This document shows, piece after piece, positions 9,728 to 18,525 of a stretch of DNA of 64,000 bases (positions are counted from its first letter, which is position 1; each line of letters begins with the position of its first letter). Made by a program: the position numbers and the translations under genes. Under the pieces are notes generated by a model. That model did not search any database and had not been told where the DNA came from. It saw nothing but the letters and a program-made list of their open reading frames with translations. The stretch comes from Clostridia bacterium (GTDB lineage Bacteria; Bacillota; Clostridia; Christensenellales; UBA1242): the NCBI GenBank assembly GCA_017466725.1, contig JAFTTP010000001.1:28678-92677 (forward strand), given 5' to 3'.

Positions 9728-10489
9728 TTAGTATTGTTCCAAAATTTTTTGAGCATCTACAACATTTGCGCCTGTCATAATGCCCATAGGCATTTCGCCA
9801 ATTGTACCGTTTTTAGTGAAAAGTATTGCCAAAAGTTTACGGTTGTTGTTAAATTCAATTAACGCATCTTCCACTGTACAATCAGCTTTTTTAACTGTAT
9901 AATAGCGACTGTTTTCAATTGAAGAAAGCATATCTTCAATTTGAACATGATCTAAAAACGTGTCGGCCTTACCACCAGCAATCAAGAATTGTCCAAAACT
10001 ATCTAAAATTTTCTGTCCATTTGCAATTCCAATAAGCTCTTTATTCTTATTGTAAACAGGGATGTTGCTGTAGTTTGACTGAGACATAAGCATAATTACA
10101 TCACGCATGCTTTTGCCAGCATATGTCACCAAAACATCTCTGCGTCCAGCCGTATCAAGTGCTTTTGGTGGAGTTGTAAGAAGCCTCTCAATATGCTCTA
10201 TATGTTCAACAACTTCCGTATGAGGCTCAGCGATTACAAAATCATCTTTACTGCTGTGAACAATGGCATTGCGAAGACGGCCATAATCAACAAGGTCATC
10301 CTCATACTTTCTTACAACAAAATTTACAACCACGCTTTTTCTAATTAAATCAGAAAAGCCCATTGCCCTGTTAAGATTATATCTTGCTTTAAGTGCATAA
10401 TCTATGTTGTTAAACGCATCAATAAAGCGTTTTGCATTACTTTTTGTTTCTACCTCTTTTTTAGAAGTCTTTTTAGTTTTATCTGCCAA
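9728..10489 (-). CDS. HEPN-like domain plus CBS-pair protein
   Basis: Helical N-terminus with RNAIVH (Rx4H); YSNIPV...LIGI and ...MGIMT CBS motifs; likely TTG start after GGAGG. Confidence 0.75.
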   Translation of the reverse strand: MADKTKKTSKKEVETKSNAKRFIDAFNNIDYALKARYNLNRAMGFSDLIRKSVVVNFVVRKYEDDLVDYGRLRNAIVHSSKDDFVIAEPHTEVVEHIEHIERLLTTPPKALDTAGRRDVLVTYAGKSMRDVIMLMSQSNYSNIPVYNKNKELIGIANGQKILDSFGQFLIAGGKADTFLDHVQIEDMLSSIENSRYYTVKKADCTVEDALIEFNNNRKLLAILFTKNGTIGEMPMGIMTGANVVDAQKILEQY

Positions 10490-10580
10490 AGTGCATCCCT
10501 CCATTACTTGTTTCTTTTGCCTAGTATAACATAAAAAAACAAAATCTTACAACCTATTGAAAATATTTTATTAAAAATTA

Positions 10581-10609
10581 TTGCAAAAAGTGTAAATTTG
10601 TGGTAAAAT
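10581..10609 (+). promoter_or_regulatory. Sigma-A promoter of SRP RNA
   Basis: TTGCAA-17bp-TAAAAT with extended TG. Confidence 0.75.
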
Positions 10610-10615
10610 AATATT

Positions 10616-10883
10616 GTCGAGCTAGACGGAGAGTTAGCGGTGCTCTGTTGCCCACAATCCGCTATAGTGGGGTTGAATGCTTGTTGCGGTTTGATTTTGT
10701 CAAATATGTGCAGATATTTTAGGCGTTGAAATCAAGGTCTTATGCAATCAAAATCCTTGAAACATGTCAGGTCCTGACGGAAGCATCATTAAGAGGACAC
10801 TTTGATGTGCCATGAGGTTGCTTTGGTGGAGCTTAATTTATTTGAGGCAGTTGGTAATTTCTTATCAAATCAAGATGCTCGGC
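10616..10883 (+). ncRNA. ffs: Signal recognition particle RNA, large Firmicute type with Alu domain
   Basis: 5' GCTAGACGGAGAGTTAGCGGTG...AATCCGCTATAG Alu domain; helix 8 TGTCAGGTCC-TGAC-GGAAGCA; terminal pairing GTCGAGC/GCTCGGC; terminator follows. Confidence 0.92.
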
Positions 10884-10895
10884 TTTGAAAATACA

Positions 10896-10921
10896 AGACC
10901 AGTATTTACTGGTCTTTTTTT
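10896..10921 (+). terminator. Intrinsic terminator after SRP RNA
   Basis: AAGACCAGTA-tt-TACTGGTCTTTTTT. Confidence 0.85.
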
Positions 10922-10948
10922 ATATAAAAAACGCTCTGTTCGAGCGTT

Positions 10949-12400
10949 TTAAATTTCTTGATATCCCAGAATCTCTAACTCTTCATAAGAAAATTCATCA
11001 CCGAATTCAGCAATCCAGAAGAATTTTTTAAGTAGAGGTTTATTGTTGACTAATGCCCAATTTTCATAATAATAATCACTGGCTGTATAATAGATGTTAT
11101 CATCTTTTACATCCACGACTACACGCTCTAAATTATCGTACCTCTCGCAATAACCAGCTAGGTCGTTTCTTCCATCAACTCCAGCAGTAATCATTATATC
11201 AAACAATTGAATTGTTACATCGGAATAGCCCAAATCATACCCCACATAGCCAACAAGATCACCTACATATACGTCGCTTCCTTCATCTGTTGAACTGTAA
11301 GCATATGCAAAGGAATCTGCATCGCCATTTATATCACAATTCAGAACACAACACTCATCTATTTCCACCACTAAATTAGTTCTATAGCCGTTGTATGCAT
11401 ATCCTATAATACCTCCAACATAAGTCTTAGAATATGCATATGCATTAGAATAACTTCTCTCAGGAAACGCCTCGGCATATGCGTATGCATATGATTCGCC
11501 ATAAATTTCACAATTCCCAACCATCGAACCATAAATTTTAATAGAACTACCACTCTTTACCCAGCCTACAAAACCACCTGTGTATGCGTATGCATAAGCG
11601 CCAGCCTCTGCCTCAGATTCGGCATAATCACTTTCAGTTGATTCTGCCAAGGCTTCAAACGCAGACTTCACAATTATTGATATTGAACTTGACTGCACGC
11701 TACAATCTTCAATCTCAATCGAACCATAACAATAGCCAACCAATCCACCTACGTAAGCTTCAGCGCTTGTTTCGCCGCCTGCATAAGCGCCATTTTCTGA
11801 ATAGTCGTTATCAACTTGTTCCTCAACAAACGAAGAACTCAAATCTGAATTTACAACAGAACAATTTCGCAAAACTAAAGAGTTATAGGCCGATCCAACT
11901 ATTCCACCAATACAACTGCCATCTTTATTTTTACTTATTGACGCAGAAATAATGCTTACATTTTCAATTGTAGCGTTTGATGCATATCCAATAAATCCCA
12001 TACATGTACTACTATAAGTCGTTACATCAAAATTGCTAATAGAATATCCACCACCATTATAGTTTCCTTTAAAAGGGGTATTATAATAATCCCCAATTGG
12101 CTCTAATGACCCGCCATTTAAATCTATATCTGCCGTTTGCTTATAATATTTATTTGCATAGGTTGGATTTGTAGACTTAGAGTTTACAAGGTCGGCAAGT
12201 TCTTTAAGTTGGTCAGAATTGCTTATTAAATATGGGTCAGTTTGCGTACCCGAGCCGCTCCAAGTATGTGTTGCGGCCAAAGGTTCCGCAAGTGGCATTG
12301 CGTAAATTTCAGTGCACAAAAGCCCTAGCCCTGCGCACAACATGCTTACTAGGAATATACTAACACACAATAATAATTTGCCTTTTGATACTTTTCCCAC
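10949..12400 (-). CDS. Secreted/surface GLUG-motif (beta-helix-like) protein
   Basis: Hydrophobic signal/anchor segment; GSGTQTDPYLI; repeated GGIVG/YVGGLVG/YTGGFVG; start uncertain (GTG 12400 or 12460). Confidence 0.75.
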   Translation of the reverse strand: MGKVSKGKLLLCVSIFLVSMLCAGLGLLCTEIYAMPLAEPLAATHTWSGSGTQTDPYLISNSDQLKELADLVNSKSTNPTYANKYYKQTADIDLNGGSLEPIGDYYNTPFKGNYNGGGYSISNFDVTTYSSTCMGFIGYASNATIENVSIISASISKNKDGSCIGGIVGSAYNSLVLRNCSVVNSDLSSSFVEEQVDNDYSENGAYAGGETSAEAYVGGLVGYCYGSIEIEDCSVQSSSISIIVKSAFEALAESTESDYAESEAEAGAYAYAYTGGFVGWVKSGSSIKIYGSMVGNCEIYGESYAYAYAEAFPERSYSNAYAYSKTYVGGIIGYAYNGYRTNLVVEIDECCVLNCDINGDADSFAYAYSSTDEGSDVYVGDLVGYVGYDLGYSDVTIQLFDIMITAGVDGRNDLAGYCERYDNLERVVVDVKDDNIYYTASDYYYENWALVNNKPLLKKFFWIAEFGDEFSYEELEILGYQEI

Positions 12401-12499
12401 AAACCCTCTCTTTGTTATAATGTAACATTTTTTTATATTTTTCACAAATGATTTGTACAAATTTTATTAAAAAACAAGGCTTTAGCCTTGCTTTTAAAC

Positions 12500-12685
12500 T
12501 TATTTCATCTTTTTTTCTGCTTTTTCCATTGATTGTTTTGCTTGTTTTTCGATGCTATCTACTTCTTGCATAACTTTTTTCTCGCCTTGGTCAACAATCT
12601 TTTTGGCGCAATTTGAATATTTATAAAGCATTGCACCGGCAATCATTCCAGCACCTAATGCCAACAAACATTTTATATCGTTCAT
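12500..12685 (-). CDS. Small hypothetical protein with N-terminal TM helix
   Basis: Strong AAGGAGGGGG RBS; terminator downstream. Confidence 0.7.
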   Translation of the reverse strand: MNDIKCLLALGAGMIAGAMLYKYSNCAKKIVDQGEKKVMQEVDSIEKQAKQSMEKAEKKMK

Positions 12686-12755
12686 ACCCCCTCCTTGTCA
12701 TTAGTTTGTGCAAAATTTGTGATGCTATACATAAAATAGAGTGCTTATATGCACT

Positions 12756-13157
12756 CTATTCTTCAATGTTTTTTGGTCGTTTTTTTAGTTGCTTTTGGCG
12801 CTTTTCAAAATAATCCTCAACTGAAAGTTTAACTGCCTCTAACGCGATGTCAACAGATGAATGTTTGTTTTCAGGACACTCGCCCATTTCTTCTAAAATT
12901 TCATCTGCAGTAATTGCAAGCGCCTCTGTTAATGTTTTATCTTCAATAAGTTGGCATGCCACATCGCAAGCTACAATTGTGCAAACACCACCATAAGCCT
13001 TAAATTTTGCATTTTCAATTTCACCTTTTTCATTTACACTAATGTAAATTTTAACAACCTCTGCTCCACTTTCTGCCCTACCAGTACCATCGCCGCCACG
13101 AATACCACCAGCATAGGTTGGGTTTGAAAATCTTTCTAAAATTCTTTTACTATACAT
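12756..13157 (-). CDS. IscU/NifU-N-like scaffold protein lacking canonical Cys ligands
   Basis: YSxxILExFxNP, AKFKAYG, KTLxEA; directly downstream of iscS. Confidence 0.85.
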   Translation of the reverse strand: MYSKRILERFSNPTYAGGIRGGDGTGRAESGAEVVKIYISVNEKGEIENAKFKAYGGVCTIVACDVACQLIEDKTLTEALAITADEILEEMGECPENKHSSVDIALEAVKLSVEDYFEKRQKQLKKRPKNIEE

Positions 13158-13159
13158 AT

Positions 13160-14335
13160 CTATTTCCTCCCCGCTTTAGTAAGTGCCGAAATTGACCTTA
13201 AGCGTTCAACAACTTTTGAAAGCGTTTCAATAACATAATCTATATCGGATTTAGAAATGTTTTTGCCGAAAGAAAATCTTATAGCGCTGTTTGCAAATTC
13301 GCTTTCAATACCCATCGCCTTAAGCACATAAGACTCTTCAACTGCATTTGACGTACAAGCAGAGCCTGTACTTACTGCAATACCTTCCATATCAAGCAAC
13401 ATCAACAAAGATTCTTTATCAACCATTTCAAATGAAATGTTTGCAATTCCATTCACCTTTTGAAATGGATGGCCGTTTACTTGAACATATGGAATTTTGT
13501 CTTTAAGGTTTTTTAGAAAGTATTCTCTTTCAGCTTTAATTTTTTGTTGGTTGATTGACATGTCTCTAACAGCAACTTCAACAGCCTTACCAAAACCAGC
13601 AATTGCAGGAACATTTAAAGTACCACCGCGTTTGCCACGTTCTTGACTTCCACCTATAATTAAGTTGTCAATTTTGATGCCATTTTTTACGTATAAGCAC
13701 CCTGCGCCTTTAGGACCATAAATTTTATGTCCAGAAATTGTCATTGCATCAATTTCCATATCACGAACATCAAGTTTAACCGCGCCAAGGGCTTGAACTG
13801 CATCGGTATGGAAAATAATGCCATATTCATGAGCAATTTTTGCAATCGCTTTTACGTTTTGAATTGTGCCCACTTCGTTGTTGACAGCCATAATTGAAAT
13901 TAATGTTGTGTCCTTTCTGATAGCGTGGATGATTTCTGCAATATTTACAAGGCCTGTTTTATCAACTGGAACATATGTAACTTCATACCCCTCTTCTTCA
14001 AGCATTTTGCAGGCATCTAAAACAGCATGATGCTCAATTACACTTGTAATAATATGTTTACCCTTATCTTTATTTGCATGGGCAAGCCCTCTGATTGCCC
14101 AGTTGTCAGCCTCTGTACCGCCTGACGTAAAGTAAATTTCATTTGACTTCTCTGCATTGATTGCATGCGCAACACGATCTCTTGCCCTGTCTACAATTGC
14201 AAGTGCATCTCTGCCATAGCTATGTACTGAATTGCTGTTGCCATAAATTGCATTAAAGCATGGTAGCATTTCTGCCATAACTTCGCTTGAAACGTATGTG
14301 GTTGCTGCCGAATCAAGATATACCTTTCTTGCCAT
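13160..14335 (-). CDS. iscS: Cysteine desulfurase (IscS/NifS)
   Basis: YLDSAATT, TSGGTE, HTDAVQ, SGHKIYGPKG, STGSAC. Confidence 0.95.
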   Translation of the reverse strand: MARKVYLDSAATTYVSSEVMAEMLPCFNAIYGNSNSVHSYGRDALAIVDRARDRVAHAINAEKSNEIYFTSGGTEADNWAIRGLAHANKDKGKHIITSVIEHHAVLDACKMLEEEGYEVTYVPVDKTGLVNIAEIIHAIRKDTTLISIMAVNNEVGTIQNVKAIAKIAHEYGIIFHTDAVQALGAVKLDVRDMEIDAMTISGHKIYGPKGAGCLYVKNGIKIDNLIIGGSQERGKRGGTLNVPAIAGFGKAVEVAVRDMSINQQKIKAEREYFLKNLKDKIPYVQVNGHPFQKVNGIANISFEMVDKESLLMLLDMEGIAVSTGSACTSNAVEESYVLKAMGIESEFANSAIRFSFGKNISKSDIDYVIETLSKVVERLRSISALTKAGRK

Positions 14336-14360
14336 TTAAATCTCCTTTTTTACTGCAAAT

Positions 14361-14389
14361 ATTTTACCATTAAATTTGATTATTGTCAA
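14361..14389 (-). promoter_or_regulatory. Sigma-A promoter of iscS
   Basis: TTGACA-17bp-TAAAAT with TG extension on minus strand. Confidence 0.7.
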
Positions 14390-14484
14390 TAGCAAGCAAA
14401 AATAAAAGAGGCTAAATTTAATAAAATATACTTAAAAATAAGTAAAATTTATCAATTTAGACTTAATTTTTGTTAATTATTAGC

Positions 14485-14793
14485 TTAAATATAACTTTTT
14501 ATTGTTGTTACGCAATCTTCATATTGCCATATGCCAATATGCTTTTCTTGCACCTGGCCATCTTTAAAAATGATAAGCGTAGGAATTGACATTATTCCAA
14601 ATTGACGTGCAACGTTGGGACACTCATCAACGTCAATTTTTACAATATTTGCTTTGCCATCAAGCGCATCTTCAACGTCTTCAAGTATACCTGCCATAAT
14701 TCTGCATGGTCCGCACCAAGTTGCATAAAAATCAACAAGTATTACGCCTTTTTCAATTGCGCCAGCAAATTCGTTTTCTGCAATTACTTTCAT
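14485..14793 (-). CDS. trxA: Thioredoxin
   Basis: VDFYATWCGPC, SIPTL; start MKVI overlaps the tcdA stop. Confidence 0.95.
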   Translation of the reverse strand: MKVIAENEFAGAIEKGVILVDFYATWCGPCRIMAGILEDVEDALDGKANIVKIDVDECPNVARQFGIMSIPTLIIFKDGQVQEKHIGIWQYEDCVTTIKSYI

Positions 14794-15467
14794 ATTTTCC
14801 CCTCCAAAATTTGATTTATAACCCAAGCCGACAAAGTACAACCACACATAGCAGGATAGTAACTTATGCTCCCAACCGGCCTTGACGCAATTTCTGGTTT
14901 TGACTTGGTGCAAACAACCTTTAATTCGTTTACGCCTGCGTCTTTAAGTTTTTTGCGCATAACCTTTGCAAGCCCATCATTGAATGTTTTGTATACATCT
15001 GTCACTTCAAATACCGGCACATCACTTCTATTACCGGCACCCATTGCTGAGATTATATTTATATTGTGCGATTTACAGTAAACTATAAGTGCAAGTTTGT
15101 CATTTATGCTGTCAATTGCATCTATAACTAAATCTGTATTTTTAATTAAAGAAGATACGTTTTCTTCTGTTAATTTATCAAAAACAACGTTAATTTTAAT
15201 GTTTTTATTGATTTTTTGCATCATTTCTGCCAAAACTTCAACTTTCTTTCTGCCAATGGTATCCTCGAAAGCAACAATTTGCCTGTTTACATTTGAGGAC
15301 GAAACTTCGTCAAAATCAACGATTGTCATATTTTCAACACCTGCACGCGCAAGCATCACGGCGGTGTAGCCGCCTACCCCGCCGCAACCAACAATTGTGA
15401 TGTGCTTGCTTGCAAGTTTATCAATCCCCTCCTCACCAATAAGAAGAGCAGTTCTGCTTTTATCCAT
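14790..15467 (-). CDS. tcdA: tRNA threonylcarbamoyladenosine dehydratase (ThiF family)
   Basis: GCGGVG, SNVNRQ, DAIDS, SAMGAG, LAKVMRKKL, GSISYYP. Confidence 0.88.
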   Translation of the reverse strand: MDKSRTALLIGEEGIDKLASKHITIVGCGGVGGYTAVMLARAGVENMTIVDFDEVSSSNVNRQIVAFEDTIGRKKVEVLAEMMQKINKNIKINVVFDKLTEENVSSLIKNTDLVIDAIDSINDKLALIVYCKSHNINIISAMGAGNRSDVPVFEVTDVYKTFNDGLAKVMRKKLKDAGVNELKVVCTKSKPEIASRPVGSISYYPAMCGCTLSAWVINQILEGKI

Positions 15468-15475
15468 ACTATTCC

Positions 15476-16771
15476 TTATAAAATAAATTTTTTGAGGTCA
15501 TATTTTTCGTTTGTTTCTTTGAATGCATTTCGTACATAATTTCTGTCAATTACAATTTCCATAAGTGGATGCTCACCAGTAGCGTTGAATGAAATATCTT
15601 CAAGCAAAAGTTCGATTATTGTGTGAAGGCGTCTCGCACCGATATTTTCGCTTGTTTCGTTTTCTTTTTCTGCCATATCAGCAATTTCATCAAGCGCATC
15701 ATCTGCAAATTTAAGGTCAATGTTGTCAACCTTCAAAATGCTTGCATACTGGAATATAATTGAATTTTTAGTCTCAGCTAAAATCTTTTTAAAGTCATCT
15801 TTGGTAAGATTGTCAAGCTCAACCCTAATAGGAAAACGTCCTTGAAGTTCTGGAATCATATCTTCAATATTTGCAACATGGAAAGCGCCAGAGGCAATAA
15901 ACAAAATAAAGTCTGTTTTTACATTGCCATATTTGGTTGCAACTGTACTTCCTTCAACAATTGGAAGGATATCTCTTTGAACGCCCTCTCTTGACACGTC
16001 TTGATTGTTTGAGCCGCCCGCTTTGCCTATAATTTTATCAATTTCATCAATAAAGATTATACCTTCTTCTTCAGTTCTTCTTATTGCCTCAGCAAAAACA
16101 TTATCTTTATCAATAACTCTATCGCTTTCTTCTGCCATCAACACTTCTCTTGCCCTAGCAACAGAAAGTTTTCTCTTTCTTTTTCGTGGTGGCATCATGC
16201 CGTCAAACATACTGCCAAGATTGATTTCAGGCCCGCCAATAGCAAGCATTGGTTTTTGCGTTTCAGCAACATTGACTTCTATTTGCTCATCTTCAAGTTT
16301 GCCAGCAGCAAGTTCTTCAGTGACAATAGTTTTGTCAACTGCAATATCTTTTGCCCTACGGCTGTCACAAATTGCATCTACAAGTTTTGCATCTACAGAT
16401 GGTTTCACTTTGGCTTCAACTTCATGTGTTTTTTCATCTTTTACCATTCTTACAGCAGTTTCAACCAAATCTCTAATCATGCTTTCAACATCTCTGCCGA
16501 CATAACCAACTTCTGTATATTTAGTAGCCTCAATTTTAATAAATGGCGCTTTTACAAGGCGTGCAAGACGTCTTGCAATTTCAGTTTTACCAACACCTGT
16601 TGGCCCCTTCATGATGATGTTTTTAGGGGTAATTTCTTCCCTTACCTCTTTAGGCAAACGACTTCTGCGGTATCTATTTCTAAGCGCAATTGCAACTGCA
16701 CGTTTTGCCTTTGGCTGACCAATGATATATTTATCAAGTTCTTCAACAATTTGTCTTGGTGATAAGTTCAT
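15476..16771 (-). CDS. hslU: ATP-dependent protease ATPase subunit HslU
   Basis: GPTGVGKTEIARR, EVGYVGRDVES, FIDEIDK, QGRFPIRVEL, GARRLHT. Confidence 0.97.
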   Translation of the reverse strand: MNLSPRQIVEELDKYIIGQPKAKRAVAIALRNRYRRSRLPKEVREEITPKNIIMKGPTGVGKTEIARRLARLVKAPFIKIEATKYTEVGYVGRDVESMIRDLVETAVRMVKDEKTHEVEAKVKPSVDAKLVDAICDSRRAKDIAVDKTIVTEELAAGKLEDEQIEVNVAETQKPMLAIGGPEINLGSMFDGMMPPRKRKRKLSVARAREVLMAEESDRVIDKDNVFAEAIRRTEEEGIIFIDEIDKIIGKAGGSNNQDVSREGVQRDILPIVEGSTVATKYGNVKTDFILFIASGAFHVANIEDMIPELQGRFPIRVELDNLTKDDFKKILAETKNSIIFQYASILKVDNIDLKFADDALDEIADMAEKENETSENIGARRLHTIIELLLEDISFNATGEHPLMEIVIDRNYVRNAFKETNEKYDLKKFIL

Positions 16772-16772
16772 A

Positions 16773-17309
16773 CTAAACCTCCTCTACTATAATTTGATCG
16801 TTTGTAAACACGCAAATTTGACTTGCAATTTCCAGCGCTTTTCTTGCAATTTCACTTGCTGAAAGATTTGTGTTTTGTGCAAGCGCCTTTGCTGCTGAAA
16901 GCGCGTAATTTCCACCAGAGCCAATTGCAATAATTCCTTCATCTGGCTCGATTACATCACCATTTCCACTTACAACCAAAAGAGTGTCTTTATCTGCAAC
17001 AATCATCATTGCGTCAAGTTGTCTAGACTTATCATTTCGCCACATGCCTGCAAGTTCAACCGCACTTCTCATAAGATTGCCTGAAAACTTGTTTAACATA
17101 TTTTCAAACTTTTCGCAAAGTGAAAAAGCATCTGCTGCTGCACCTGCAAAGCCAATTACCACTTTACCGTTATAAATTCTTCTTACCTTATGAGCCGATG
17201 TTTTAAAAATTACAGATTGGCTCATTGTAACTTGTCCATCACCGGCAAGAGCAATTTTTCCATCTCTTTTAACCCCACAAATTGTGGTTGATCTAAACAT
17301 ACTTTCCAT
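16773..17309 (-). CDS. hslV: ATP-dependent protease peptidase subunit HslV
   Basis: TTI...[19 protein letters not shown]. Confidence 0.97.
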   Translation of the reverse strand: MESMFRSTTICGVKRDGKIALAGDGQVTMSQSVIFKTSAHKVRRIYNGKVVIGFAGAAADAFSLCEKFENMLNKFSGNLMRSAVELAGMWRNDKSRQLDAMMIVADKDTLLVVSGNGDVIEPDEGIIAIGSGGNYALSAAKALAQNTNLSASEIARKALEIASQICVFTNDQIIVEEV

Positions 17310-18525
17310 TTTTATATTCCTCCTTAAATTGTTCTAAAGCTGATAGCGATTTTTCAAATGCAGTGCGAACAAATTTGTCAACATCTTTGCTTTGATCAAT
17401 TTTTATTATATCTTCATATTCAATCAGTGGCCGAGTGCGAGTTGATGCATCAACTGTAAGTTTTTGTATAAACTGACCAAATGCACACCCCATTGGCAGA
17501 GCGACCATCTGTTTGTGTTCAAGTTTACGCAGCATATTCATTGCCGTCCATATGCCGCTTGCAATGCTGTTTAAACTGCCCCCAATTCCCATAATTCCAC
17601 CAGCAAAGAAGACGTTTTCTTCTTGTCTGCTTTGGCAAAACTGAGTGGTCATATGAATTGGGTTTATATAGTTGCCTTTGCTTACTCCTGCAGGGCTTAC
17701 AAACTTAAAGTTTGAAAACGCCTTCAGTTTGCTTAAAATTTGAAACTGCCTTACTTGTGGAAGGTCTGAAGAAATATTTTCAAGCATATAGCCACCTTCA
17801 ACCTTCTTTAAAACTAAAGTAGCATAAGGCTTTAATCCTTCAATGGTCCGTTGCGGTTTCATTGAATAAGACCGCAAATTTTCTTTGTAATGAAGCGCCA
17901 AGTCTTCAATTGTATTTTGATATAACTTAAAGTTGTCAACAGATTTACGCTGGGCAACAGCCTGCTTGATCGTCTCGTTTACAACTGCCATGTATTCTTC
18001 TTCAGAAAGTGAAAGCAGGTATGTTCCGTCGCCTTTATCAAAAAGATAAACTTCTTCAATATCTTTAACAACAGGATAAATTGGCAACGCGTTGACACAT
18101 TTCATTGTGCCATATTTGTCAATTAAGTGCTCAAACAGTTCTTGTTCAGTTTTTGCGCCTGTTGCAATTATGGTTGGCTCAAGCGGATTGATTGTTTTTA
18201 CACTTGCATCAAACACCTCAATATTCTCGTTGTCATTAATCATATCAAGGCCATAACTTACCAAAAGTTGATCAATACAGTTTGCGCCATTTCTTTCAAG
18301 TTCGTCTTTTTTCCTTGCAAGCGGACTGCCAAGCAAACTTAACTCTTGCGTAAGCAACTTATCATATAATTCTCCGCTGGATGACATTTTTGCACTTTTG
18401 CTTTCTTTATACACTTTGCCATTGGCAAATACATGCACTTTTACGCCATGTCCCGCCAAAAACAATGCCGCTTCAATACCAGCAAGCCCCGCACCTATAA
18501 TTTTGACAACATTTAAATTACGCAT
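17293..18525 (-). CDS. trmFO: Divergent TrmFO/Gid-like flavoprotein
   Basis: [12 protein letters not shown], PTIIATG, KPYA, FFAG..G...SIASG; sits between topA and hslV; catalytic motifs missing. Confidence 0.75.
   Translation of the reverse strand: MRNLNVVKIIGAGLAGIEAALFLAGHGVKVHVFANGKVYKESKSAKMSSSGELYDKLLTQELSLLGSPLARKKDELERNGANCIDQLLVSYGLDMINDNENIEVFDASVKTINPLEPTIIATGAKTEQELFEHLIDKYGTMKCVNALPIYPVVKDIEEVYLFDKGDGTYLLSLSEEEYMAVVNETIKQAVAQRKSVDNFKLYQNTIEDLALHYKENLRSYSMKPQRTIEGLKPYATLVLKKVEGGYMLENISSDLPQVRQFQILSKLKAFSNFKFVSPAGVSKGNYINPIHMTTQFCQSRQEENVFFAGGIMGIGGSLNSIASGIWTAMNMLRKLEHKQMVALPMGCAFGQFIQKLTVDASTRTRPLIEYEDIIKIDQSKDVDKFVRTAFEKSLSALEQFKEEYKNGKYV

Noticed and set aside
11395-11800. Recurring GCATATGC/GCGTATGC motifs as a DNA repeat array
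   Set aside because: Explained by Ala-Tyr codons within the GLUG protein; spacing is irregular
14400-14484. AT-rich segment upstream of iscS resembling an Rrf2/IscR site
   Set aside because: Dyad symmetry too weak in very AT-rich DNA, and no rrf2 gene is adjacent
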